This document shows, piece by piece, positions 41,072 to 50,348 of a stretch of DNA of 59,206 nucleotides. The DNA comes from Bacteroidota bacterium. Its GTDB lineage: Bacteria > Bacteroidota > Bacteroidia > Bacteroidales > VadinHA17. How positions within the stretch are numbered: the first letter of the stretch is position 1; the number at the start of each line of letters is the position of its first letter. Where the stretch lies: the NCBI GenBank assembly GCA_025350595.1, contig JANXXP010000353.1:1-59206 (forward strand). Direction: 5' to 3'. A program made the position numbers and the translations under genes. A model generated the notes under the pieces. That model saw nothing but the letters and a program-made list of their open reading frames with translations, was not told where the DNA came from and ran no database searches.

Positions 41072-41749
41072 ATGAACTTACCGCAGCCAGGAGATTATAT
41101 TGATATGCATACTCATGGAGGCAGATCAGCTCCCGGTGTATTCATTATCGAATGCCTGATGGCTCATGAAGAAAGATTTCCCGATAAAGCTGACGGGGTT
41201 ACTTATACTTATGGAATACATCCCTGGTTTCTTACAGAAGACAATCATAATCTACATATCAGAAATGTAGAGAAGTCAACAGGTTTCCCGAATATGATTG
41301 CTATCGGAGAGGCAGGACTTGACAAGCTAAGAGGACCATCACCTGAGCTTCAGAACAAAGTTTTTGAAGAGCAGGTTCGCATCTCTGAGGCACATTCAAA
41401 GCCCCTGGTAATTCATTGTGTTAAGGCCTGGGACGATTTGTTGGCAGCTCATAAAAAGCTTAAACCCAAAATGCCATGGATGATTCATGGCTTCAGAGGA
41501 AGCGTTGAACAGGCAGAGCAATTTTTATCAAAGGGGTTTTATTTGTCTTTCTGGTTTGATTTTGCATTGCGAAAGGAATCAACTCAGTTGTTCAGAAGCT
41601 TGACTAAAGACAAGATATTCCTTGAAACTGATGGCGCTGATGTTGATATTAGGGATATTTATAAAAAAGTTGCGCAGGATCTTGATATTACCAAGGATGA
41701 ATTAAAAGGAGTGATCCTTAGAAATTATTTTGATTTTTTAAGAATATAG
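41072..41749 (+). CDS. TatD family hydrolase
   Basis: DMHTH, GIHPW, IGEAGLDK, IHCVKA, IHGF, LETD. Confidence 0.9.
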   Translation: MNLPQPGDYIDMHTHGGRSAPGVFIIECLMAHEERFPDKADGVTYTYGIHPWFLTEDNHNLHIRNVEKSTGFPNMIAIGEAGLDKLRGPSPELQNKVFEEQVRISEAHSKPLVIHCVKAWDDLLAAHKKLKPKMPWMIHGFRGSVEQAEQFLSKGFYLSFWFDFALRKESTQLFRSLTKDKIFLETDGADVDIRDIYKKVAQDLDITKDELKGVILRNYFDFLRI

Positions 41750-42202
41750 GAATATTATAGCTGATCAATAATCCTCCTCCCTGAGAATTCAAAGTTGTCT
41801 CGTAATTTTTGAGACTCCTAATATATTCAAGGTATCCGGGAGCCATACCGCCACCTCGTCCACCCATACCTCTGCCGGAGATATTATGAGTTGTATAACA
41901 ACCACCGATTTTAAGCTTCGGATCAACATCGGTGAAAGAGTTTTTATACCAATCTTTATCTGCATCACTGAAGACAAAATCAAAAGGTCCTTTAAGCTCT
42001 TTTACTAGCGAATGAGCGTCTGCCCGTCAGCTGTGGGTATATTCAGATCATGCCATTTCCCTGCATGGTCAGAAAGAAATTTCTTCACTTTTGCATCAAG
42101 TGCCTGGTCTTATTTCAACGTCTGTGCTTTATTTATTCCTGTAAAAATCGTTGCTGTAAAAAGCAGACAGAAAATAAAGCCTAAAGTTATCCGTAATTCC
42201 AT
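41750..42202 (-). pseudogene. Disrupted signal-peptide-bearing class I O-methyltransferase (not in ORF track)
   Basis: MELRITLGFIFCLLFTATIFTGINKAQTLK*DQALDAKVKKFLSDHAGKWHDLNIPTADG, then a frame change to ADAHSLVKELKGPFDFVFSDADKDWY...KLKIGGCYTTHN; TAA at 42110-42112; SAM-binding segment absent. Confidence 0.75.
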
Positions 42203-42343
42203 TCTTATGAGTTTAGACGAATAATCGTAACTTTAATAATATGACAATCAGGACTCCGGAAATATTCCTTAAATTCGTCTTCAGGAAAGAAATGAATTCC
42301 CGGACTAATAATTATTTGGTGTTACATTAATTGGAATAAAAAT

Positions 42344-43105
42344 ATGAGACCTTATATTCTAGCAGAGACCACCTGGAAATCCATTAAGGACCAGAAAATT
42401 GAATTGGCGATTTTGCCATGGGGAGCAACAGAAGCACATAACCTTCATATGCCATTTGCAACAGATAATATTCTGACGGAGAAAGTTGCAGTAAAATCTG
42501 CTGAGGCGGCATGGAATAACGGGGCTAAAGTAGTTGTTCTGCCAACAATTCCGTTTGGAGTAAACACCGGGCAGTTGGATATCAGGCTCAATATAAATAT
42601 GAATCCAAGTACACAATTTGCCATTCTTAATGATGTGACAGATGTACTTAACAGACATGAAATTTATAAGTTCCTTATTGTTAATGGACATGGAGGCAAT
42701 GATTTTAAACAGATAATCAGAGAGTTAGGGTTTAAATATCCAAAAATGTTTATCTGTGGCTGTAACTGGTACCAGTCATTCGAAAACTCTCAGTTTTTTG
42801 AAAACAGCGGAGGTCATGCCGATGAAATGGAAACCAGTCTCATGCAATTTCTTGCCCCGGATCTTGTTTTGCCTTTGAGTGAGGCAGGAGAAGGGAAGGG
42901 TAAAAAATTTAAGGTAAAAGCTTTAAATGAAAGATGGGCCTGGGCCGAAAGGAAATGGACACAAGTCACCAGTGATACCGGAATTGGAAATCCATTCAAA
43001 TCGACTCCTGAAAAAGGAGAAAAATGTTTTAATGAAATTGTAAAAAAAGTTGGCGCTTTAATGTTTGAAGTATCGAAAACTGATATTAATAACATGTATG
43101 AATAG
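42344..43105 (+). CDS. Creatininase family amidohydrolase
   Basis: LPWGATEAHNLHMPFATD, NGHGGN, HADEMETS. Confidence 0.9.
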   Translation: MRPYILAETTWKSIKDQKIELAILPWGATEAHNLHMPFATDNILTEKVAVKSAEAAWNNGAKVVVLPTIPFGVNTGQLDIRLNINMNPSTQFAILNDVTDVLNRHEIYKFLIVNGHGGNDFKQIIRELGFKYPKMFICGCNWYQSFENSQFFENSGGHADEMETSLMQFLAPDLVLPLSEAGEGKGKKFKVKALNERWAWAERKWTQVTSDTGIGNPFKSTPEKGEKCFNEIVKKVGALMFEVSKTDINNMYE

Positions 43106-43106
43106 T

Positions 43107-46001
43107 ATGAGAAAGTCTATATTCCACAGTTTCAGTTTTGTGTCAATAATTATAATGCTGGTATTGGCCTCGTGTAAAAATGAGCCGTTTGTTTCTAAAC
43201 GCGATACTATTAATCTTGGCGGAACGTGGCACTTTGCCTTAGACACAGCAAATGTTAGTTTTGCCGAAAAATGGCAGACTAAAATTTTTACCGACTCGGT
43301 TAAACTACCCGGTACCCTCGATGAGAACAATAAGGGAATTCCCAATACAAATACACAGGAGACAATGCGGCTTTCGAGGGAGAGAACGTTTGCCGGAATG
43401 GCATGGTACCAGAAAGAAGTGAATATTCCTGAAAACTGGAAGGATAAGTATATCAGATTAATTATGGAAAGGACCAAGCCAACTCAGGTTTGGATTGATA
43501 GAGTACTAATGGGCAATTGCAATGATATTCTAACTGCACAATACTATGATCTCTCATCAAAACTTGCTCCCGGGAAACATATTATCACAATCCTGGTAAA
43601 TAATGGCAATGGCTCAGTGCCGTTGGGGGTAACAGGTTCACATGCATGGACAGATCATACCCAAACCAACTGGAATGGAATTATCGGCAAATTCTGCCTG
43701 GAAGCTGCAAATTCTGAACATCTTACAAGTGTTCAGGTATATCCGGATATTGCTTCAAAAAGTATTCTGGTTAAAGTAACAATTTTTAATCCGGGTGGAA
43801 ACAATGATAGAACGAAAATAGTTCTTGAAGCATCCTCATGGAATACCAAAAAAAAGCATAATGTGTCTGCAAAATCATTTCCTGTAAAATTAGGTACAGG
43901 TGAGAATATTGTAGAACTTACATACACCATGGGGAGTAGAACTCAGGAATGGAGTGAGTTTAATCCTGCTCTATACAAAATGAATGTTTCGCTTAAATCA
44001 AAAGAACTAATTGATAATACCAGCATTGATTTTGGAATGCGTAAGTTCTCAACCCTTGGAACGCAGTTTACCATAAATGGCACTAAAACTTTTCTCCGGG
44101 GCAAGCACGACGCCTGCGTTTTCCCATTAACCGGTCATCCCCCCATGGATGTTGAGGGATGGAGAAAAGTCTTCAGAATCGCAAAATCTTATGGCATAAA
44201 TTTCTACCGTTTCCATTCGTGGACACCTCCTCTTGCTGCCTTTGAAGCAGCAGATATTGAGGGAATTTACATGCAGCCTGAATTGCCATTCTGGGGAAGT
44301 TTCAGTCAGGTTAAAAATCAGGATCTAAATGCTTTCCTGTTAAAAGAAGGGGAAAATATTCTTGAGACTTATGCAAATCACGCCTCATTTGTAATGTTTT
44401 CGCTTGGCAATGAACTTTCAGGAGATATCGAAGTTATGAAAACTTTTGTAAAACATTTCAAATCACTCGATAAGCGTCCATTAATGGCTTTTGGCACCAA
44501 TAATTACCTTGGTTTCAAAGGACAGGTTGAGGGAGAGGATTATTACACAGGTTGCCGTGTTGGAGCTGATACTGATACTACCTTTAGCACTCATATCCGT
44601 GGATCATTCTCCTTTGCTGACGCTTACGATGGTGGGTATATAAACAGCCGTTATCCTTCCACAAATCTGAACTATGCCGGAGCTATTTCAAAATGTAGCA
44701 TTCCGGCCGTTGGGACTGAGGTTGGTCAGTACGAGATTTATCCAAATTATGATGAGATAAATAAGTACACTGGAGTTCTGAAGCCATGGAATTTTGAAGT
44801 ATTCAAAGAACGTCTTAAGGAAAACAACCTGAGCGATCAGGCTAAGTCCTTTTTCAGAGCATCCGGAGCATTAAGTGCCTTATGTTATAAAGCAGATATT
44901 GAGATGGCTATAAGAACTCCCGGGTTTGGAGGGTTTCATCTTCTCGATCTACAGGATTTCCCGGGCCAGGGAACTGCATTAATTGGACTTCTAGATGCAT
45001 TTATGGATAGTAAAGGACTTATTACACCGGCAGAATTCAGCCATTTCTGTAATAAGGTTGTACCCCTATTACTTATGGAAAAATATTGCTGGACAAATAA
45101 TGAATCGTTTATAGGGAAGATCCAGGTTGCAAATTATTCGGAAACAAAGTTGAAAGGACAGGTAGTTGTCTGGGAATTAAGATCTTCCAAGGGGCAAATT
45201 ATATTCCAAAATACACAAAAAGCTGATATTGCTCAGGGAGGACTGACTGATGTAGCCTCAGTGAAACTTGATCTTTCAAAGTTTTTGAAAGCTGAAAAAC
45301 TGATACTTTCAATAAATCTTGAAGGTACCACATATAAAAACTCATATCCTGTCTGGGTTTATCCGGCAAATACAGAAACAAAGGTCCCTGAGAGTATATT
45401 TGTGTCGGAAAAGCTTGATAAAGTCACACTTACAAAACTTGCAGAAGGAGCTTCTGTATTATTATTCCCTGATATAGAGGACATAAAAGATCTTTCGGTT
45501 GGAGCGTTATTTACTCCTGATTACTGGAATTATCGGATGTTTAAAGGAATTTCAGAGTCAAATAAAAAACCTGTTTCCCCCGGAACTATGTCAATTCTTA
45601 CTGACCCTCTCGATCCGTTATTTAACGATTTCCCAACCGAATTTTATACAAACTGGCAGTGGTGGCCAATTGTAAAGAACAGTCGTCCGTTTATACTCGA
45701 TAATACTCCGAAAGATTATCGTCCTCTTGTACAGGTGGTTGATAATATTGAACGTAATCATAAACTGGGATTAATATTTGAATTTGCTGTAGGAAAGGGG
45801 AAGCTTCTGGTATGTATGTCAGAGCTGAAATTAATTCAGGATAAGCCTGAAGGACGTCAGCTTTATAGTAGTATCCTGAAATATATGTCTTCCGATAAAT
45901 TCAACCCGGCTCAGATTCTGTCTCCATCAGAACTTACAGCTTTATTCAGCACGAAGGTTTCAGCTAAAAAGATGACAGGTGTGAAGAATATTTCTTACTA
46001 G
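43107..46001 (+). CDS. Glycoside hydrolase family 2 lipoprotein
   Basis: Lipobox LASC, sugar-binding domain (AWYQKEV, WNGIIG), WSEFNPALY, FGMRKF, RFHSW, acid/base SLGNE, TEVGQ; start trimmed to ATG 43107. Confidence 0.87.
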   Translation: MRKSIFHSFSFVSIIIMLVLASCKNEPFVSKRDTINLGGTWHFALDTANVSFAEKWQTKIFTDSVKLPGTLDENNKGIPNTNTQETMRLSRERTFAGMAWYQKEVNIPENWKDKYIRLIMERTKPTQVWIDRVLMGNCNDILTAQYYDLSSKLAPGKHIITILVNNGNGSVPLGVTGSHAWTDHTQTNWNGIIGKFCLEAANSEHLTSVQVYPDIASKSILVKVTIFNPGGNNDRTKIVLEASSWNTKKKHNVSAKSFPVKLGTGENIVELTYTMGSRTQEWSEFNPALYKMNVSLKSKELIDNTSIDFGMRKFSTLGTQFTINGTKTFLRGKHDACVFPLTGHPPMDVEGWRKVFRIAKSYGINFYRFHSWTPPLAAFEAADIEGIYMQPELPFWGSFSQVKNQDLNAFLLKEGENILETYANHASFVMFSLGNELSGDIEVMKTFVKHFKSLDKRPLMAFGTNNYLGFKGQVEGEDYYTGCRVGADTDTTFSTHIRGSFSFADAYDGGYINSRYPSTNLNYAGAISKCSIPAVGTEVGQYEIYPNYDEINKYTGVLKPWNFEVFKERLKENNLSDQAKSFFRASGALSALCYKADIEMAIRTPGFGGFHLLDLQDFPGQGTALIGLLDAFMDSKGLITPAEFSHFCNKVVPLLLMEKYCWTNNESFIGKIQVANYSETKLKGQVVVWELRSSKGQIIFQNTQKADIAQGGLTDVASVKLDLSKFLKAEKLILSINLEGTTYKNSYPVWVYPANTETKVPESIFVSEKLDKVTLTKLAEGASVLLFPDIEDIKDLSVGALFTPDYWNYRMFKGISESNKKPVSPGTMSILTDPLDPLFNDFPTEFYTNWQWWPIVKNSRPFILDNTPKDYRPLVQVVDNIERNHKLGLIFEFAVGKGKLLVCMSELKLIQDKPEGRQLYSSILKYMSSDKFNPAQILSPSELTALFSTKVSAKKMTGVKNISY

Positions 46002-46027
46002 TGTCATGAAATAATGATGATTTATTT

Positions 46028-46066
46028 GATTTTGGATTTTGGATTCCGGATTGCGGATTGCGGATT
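46028..46066. repeat. Heptamer tandem array (GATTNNG)x5
   Basis: GATTTTG GATTTTG GATTCCG GATTGCG GATTGCG GATT; same unit family as 27459-27539. Confidence 0.7.
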
Positions 46067-46156
46067 TTATTTTTTTTGTCAGTCCAATTTTATAACTTTA
46101 TCAGCAGTTTATCGCGATAGCATTTGTAACGAACTCAAAACTAATAAATAAGATTG

Positions 46157-47092
46157 ATGAAAACTTCAAGGAGAAATTTCGTAAAATCGAGTGCCCTGGC
46201 AGCATTGGGAGTAGCCCTGCTTCCAGCTTGTAAAACAGTATCTCCCGTCGCAGGGTCGACAAAGCCAAAGAGGTTTGTTGGCCTTCAGCTCTACTCTGTC
46301 AGGGACGAAATGATGAAGGATCCGGAGGGTACACTTACTGCCCTGGCAAAGATGGGGTATGTTTATCTGGAGCACGCCAGTTATGTTAACAGGAAATTCT
46401 ATGGTTCTTATTCTGCCACTGAATTCAAGAAAATTCTTGACGGACTCGGACTGAAAATGGTAAGTGGGCATACTGTGATGGGTAAAGAGCATTGGGATGC
46501 CACTAAAAAGGACTTTTCTGACAGTTGGAAACGTACGGTGGAAGATGCTGCAATACTTCAGCAAAAGTATGTAATCAGTCCATTTATGGATGAAAGTATG
46601 AGGAAAACTTACGATGATTTCAAACGTTATATGGATGTGTTTAACAAAAGTGGTGAATTGTGTCAAAAATCGGGGATGAAATTTGGTTATCATAATCACG
46701 ATTTTGAATTCAGTCAAAAACTAAATGGCGAGAAAATATTCGATATTATGATGAAGAGCATGGATCCTAAGCTGGTAGTTGTGCAGTTGGATATGGGAAA
46801 CCTTTACAATGGAGGGGCAGTTGCCATGGATATTGTAAATCAGTATCCCGGCAGATTTGAAAACCTTCATGTTAAGGATGAGATAGCAGGACCTGCAGGC
46901 AGTACCGAAAAATATGTCAGTACTATCCTTGGTGCAGGTATTGTAGACTGTAAAAATGTTGTTGATATGGCTACAAAGATTGGAGGCACAACCTGTTATA
47001 TAATTGAACAGGAATCTTACCAGAATAAGAAGCCTATTGACTGTGTGAAAGAAGATCTTGCAATTATGAAGAAATGGGGATACTTCTCCTGA
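46157..47092 (+). CDS. Tat-exported sugar phosphate isomerase/epimerase (xylose isomerase-like TIM barrel), probable lipoprotein
   Basis: SRRNFVK twin-arginine motif, LPAC lipobox, GLQLYSVR, YHNHDFEF, LHVKD, IIEQE. Confidence 0.9.
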   Translation: MKTSRRNFVKSSALAALGVALLPACKTVSPVAGSTKPKRFVGLQLYSVRDEMMKDPEGTLTALAKMGYVYLEHASYVNRKFYGSYSATEFKKILDGLGLKMVSGHTVMGKEHWDATKKDFSDSWKRTVEDAAILQQKYVISPFMDESMRKTYDDFKRYMDVFNKSGELCQKSGMKFGYHNHDFEFSQKLNGEKIFDIMMKSMDPKLVVVQLDMGNLYNGGAVAMDIVNQYPGRFENLHVKDEIAGPAGSTEKYVSTILGAGIVDCKNVVDMATKIGGTTCYIIEQESYQNKKPIDCVKEDLAIMKKWGYFS

Positions 47093-47109
47093 TCAATACT
47101 CTTTAAATC

Positions 47110-47140
47110 AAAACCGGCAGCGACCGGTTTTTTATTTTTT
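47110..47140 (+). terminator. Rho-independent terminator
   Basis: AAAACCGG-cagcga-CCGGTTTT followed by a T-rich tail. Confidence 0.75.
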
Positions 47141-47292
47141 AACGATAGGGTGGATACAACCTTTTCCGGTCATTTAAGTACTTATGCCTGAGAAAAATTT
47201 CTTTGCTTCTGATAGCCATCTGGACTTTGCGAAAAATCTCTGCGCTCTATACAGTTAATGGATTTTATGGAACTAAACGATAAGTTTTAAAA

Positions 47293-47763
47293 ATGAAACA
47301 ACGACGATCTAAAATTATTGCTCTCCCTGCTTTTTTACTATTTATTTCATCTTCATATTGCTTTGGGCAGGATCTGAAGACTTCCAACAAACCATCACAG
47401 GATACTGCTGTGATCTACAAAGATGGTGTTTATGAAGGCAAATCTCAGTCACATTATACTGGTGAACCTTACTGGGGAATTGCAAAGATTACAATCAAAA
47501 ATGGTTCATTTGAAGGAATAGATTTTATGATCAGGGACTCAGCACTGCATGAGATATTTGACGGAAGTTATGAAAAGCATTTCAAGGGTATTCCGGAGTA
47601 TATTTTACAAAGCAGAAACGACTGGAAAGGGGTGCAAACCTATCCTAAAAAGCTAAGTGAAACAAAGAACATCGATAAAGTTGATGCAATGTCGGGAGCA
47701 ACATGGTCGTGCAACATATTCAAAGCCTCAGTAAAAGAGGCACTGAAAAACGCAAAGGAATAA
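47293..47763 (+). CDS. Exported FMN-binding domain protein with flavinylation motif
   Basis: Signal peptide, YKDGVYEG, VDAMSGATWS ([S/T]GA[S/T] motif), AVKEAL-like C-terminus (SVKEALKNAK). Confidence 0.85.
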   Translation: MKQRRSKIIALPAFLLFISSSYCFGQDLKTSNKPSQDTAVIYKDGVYEGKSQSHYTGEPYWGIAKITIKNGSFEGIDFMIRDSALHEIFDGSYEKHFKGIPEYILQSRNDWKGVQTYPKKLSETKNIDKVDAMSGATWSCNIFKASVKEALKNAKE

Positions 47764-47782
47764 TCAAAAACAGATTGATTTC

Positions 47783-48919
47783 TTACTTACGGTTATAAAT
47801 ATTCGCCTCTTTCACCTCTTTTAAAAACAAAGACCGGGGTGAATTATAGAAGTTTTTGAAATCATCTGTTGATGGGGAATTCAGATTTCCCTTCCTGGAA
47901 CCTTTTGGCATATATGTGTTTCTCCAGGTTAATACATAATCAACTGGATATTTGCTTACAACCGGTAAAAGGACCGATGTCCACCAGTCCTGCATCCCCT
48001 GTCTTTCTCCCGTTTCACTTAATGCTGTCAGTTTATTTCTTGAGATGGCTTCCTTTGTGACAAAACCAAGAGCATTATCGAGTTCATTGTCAAATTGTGG
48101 TCCACGGTCATACATATCAAGCGAAAGCATATCAATCACATCATCTCCGGGATATCCGCGCATATATTGTTCGAGGCTGGTAACCCTGTCTGTATTGTAA
48201 GCGTAGAGAATATTGTGAATGTTTTTCTTATCACGCAAAAAGTCAACAGTATAGCGCCAGAGAGCTGAATAATCTTTATCGGAACAAAGATTGGTGCCCC
48301 ACCAGAAGAACGAACCTGAATGTTCGTGGTATGGACGGAAAATAAAAGGAATAGGAGTGCCGTTGTCATCCTTTAATCCTGTAAAAAATGTAGCAAGATG
48401 TTCGAGCCATGAATTGAACATGGCGTTGTTTTGTCCCCCGGGGAGAATTGAAGCGACCACCTCTTTTGAGCTTACGTCCCAGGCTGTTCCTGATGGAAAT
48501 TTTGAGATGGCACTATTTTTTTGCATTGTCAAAGGATTGTTCAAATGCCAGCTGATTGTAACAATACCCCCGCGCTTATAATGTGTTTTAATCTGTTCTC
48601 CAATTTGAATAAAACTTACTGAGTCGAGACTACGTTCATTTCCCAGTTCAATGTGACCAAGTTCAAATCCTGCAACCCCCGGATAATCCCCTGTAATATC
48701 TTTAATGTCGGAACGATCTTTTTCATACCACCATGAGTAGCCATACATAAGGTCATCCTGATGACCATACATGATACCTTTATTCTTAAGCTCATATAAG
48801 GACTGGAAAAGCGTTATCGTTTCTTTGGTAGCCTTTTTATCTGCAGGAATAGGGAGGTTTTGACCGTAACTGAATAAGGAAATGGTTATCAGAAGCAGAA
48901 ATTGAATAGAGATTTTCAT
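47783..48919 (-). CDS. Glycoside hydrolase family 26 (beta-mannanase-like), secreted
   Basis: GHQDD, TISWH, FRPYHEH acid/base, FFWWG, LSETG nucleophile, LTWRN; start trimmed to MKISIQ. Confidence 0.92.
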   Translation of the reverse strand: MKISIQFLLLITISLFSYGQNLPIPADKKATKETITLFQSLYELKNKGIMYGHQDDLMYGYSWWYEKDRSDIKDITGDYPGVAGFELGHIELGNERSLDSVSFIQIGEQIKTHYKRGGIVTISWHLNNPLTMQKNSAISKFPSGTAWDVSSKEVVASILPGGQNNAMFNSWLEHLATFFTGLKDDNGTPIPFIFRPYHEHSGSFFWWGTNLCSDKDYSALWRYTVDFLRDKKNIHNILYAYNTDRVTSLEQYMRGYPGDDVIDMLSLDMYDRGPQFDNELDNALGFVTKEAISRNKLTALSETGERQGMQDWWTSVLLPVVSKYPVDYVLTWRNTYMPKGSRKGNLNSPSTDDFKNFYNSPRSLFLKEVKEANIYNRK

Positions 48920-49167
48920 TATCTTTAAGTTAAGAATTGATTCAGAGTATTTCTGAATCAAAGATAGTACTTTATTACCTGAATTTATAGTTTGCTGTAT
49001 TTGGAAGGTTTAGTACAAGTTGGGGGGCAAGCTGTTTTTCTGTTTCCGAGGTAAATCAAATAACGCCAATGTTATTTTTGATGCTAATCAGTCAACTACA
49101 ATTAATGGACAATTTGAAGTTCAGATAGGTTCAACATTAGTGGTTCAATAACTTAAAACACATAAAA

Positions 49168-49623
49168 ATGAAAACGAAAATATTTATCATAGTAATAGCC
49201 GCGTAATTTTCGCTTATGTTCTGCCAAAAAAAAGCAGATATGACCCAACTTGCTCTTATTAAAACAGAACTTGGTGGTTGTAATTTAACTCCTTCAATTC
49301 GAAACAATGTAGATATTGTTCATAATGATTCTGTTGATATTTCAATCAAAAATGATTCAATGAATATTTTTGTAGGTCTTAACTATTTTTGTTGTGCTCC
49401 ATTCATTACGGATTGTCATATTAAAAGTGATTCTATAATAATATCTATTAAAGACACATGTTTAAACCCAAATTCATGTTATTGCAGGTGTTCATGTTAT
49501 TATACTTTTAATTTTAAATTTCTGCTGTCGGGTATTAATAATTACAATTATGAAATATTATTATTTGATCCGAAAAAGATTGGCAGTAAGTTGATAAAAG
49601 CAGGGTTGATAAAGCCAAAATAA
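49168..49623 (+). pseudogene. Cys-rich putative lipoprotein with an in-frame TAA in its signal peptide
   Basis: MKTKIFIIVIAA*FSLMFCQKK..., TAA at 49204-49206, in frame with ORF 49216-49623 (GGCN..NYFCC..SCYCRCSCYY). Confidence 0.65.
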
Positions 49624-49906
49624 AAAATCTTGCCCTAATAAAAAATTTGCCTATAAGTAATGAATAGTAATAGATAAAGCTTTTATACTTTTTTCATGTA
49701 TTCATCTCACTGCAGCAATTTGCAACCGGCCTGAAAGAGATCGACATTCGATTATCCCTTGAGGAAGAAAACGGGGACAAACAGGAACTCAACCCCGCCA
49801 GTGTCAAAACAAGGGCCTGACGAAATGAATAATAAACCTGACTGCTGCTTTTGCATTGAGAATGGTTCTTTTTATTACTTTTAAAACGTTTTTAAAAGCG
49901 AAAATT

Positions 49907-50275
49907 ATGATGGTGATTGCTATTGTTTTTATTTTTTCAGCTTGCATCTTATATTCAGTTGGAGTTTGGAGTGAAAAGCTACGGGGCAGGTTAAAACTTT
50001 GGCACCTCATTGTATTCTGGCTGGGATTATTTTGTGATACAATCGGAACCGGGGCGATGGGTAAAATAGCAGGCTCAATATTTCAGTTTAACTTTCATGG
50101 TTTAACAGGTGCTGCGGCTATATTGCTTATGTTAATTCATTCAGTATGGGCTTCTATTGTGTTGTATAGAAAAAATGAAAAAATGATACTTCAATTTCAT
50201 AAATTCAGTCTTTTTGTCTGGATCATCTGGTTAATACCGATGGTAACAGGAATGATCTTTGGCGCATCCGTTTAG
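49907..50275 (+). CDS. HsmA-like (TIGR03987-type) four-TM membrane protein
   Basis: LYSVGVWSEK..LKLWHL..FWLGLFCDTIGT..FHGLTG..LMLIHSVWA..FHKFSLFVWIIWLIP; start trimmed to ATG 49907. Confidence 0.8.
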   Translation: MMVIAIVFIFSACILYSVGVWSEKLRGRLKLWHLIVFWLGLFCDTIGTGAMGKIAGSIFQFNFHGLTGAAAILLMLIHSVWASIVLYRKNEKMILQFHKFSLFVWIIWLIPMVTGMIFGASV

Positions 50276-50348
50276 CATAGTCTTGTGCGATCCATTGATT
50301 TATATTATTTTAGCGACAGTGTAATCATATACTTCAATATTAAAGTCT

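Noticed and set aside
43107-48919. Classical polysaccharide utilisation locus
   Set aside because: No susC/susD pair or HTCS regulator is adjacent; the only TonB receptor is ~9 kb away and of a different type
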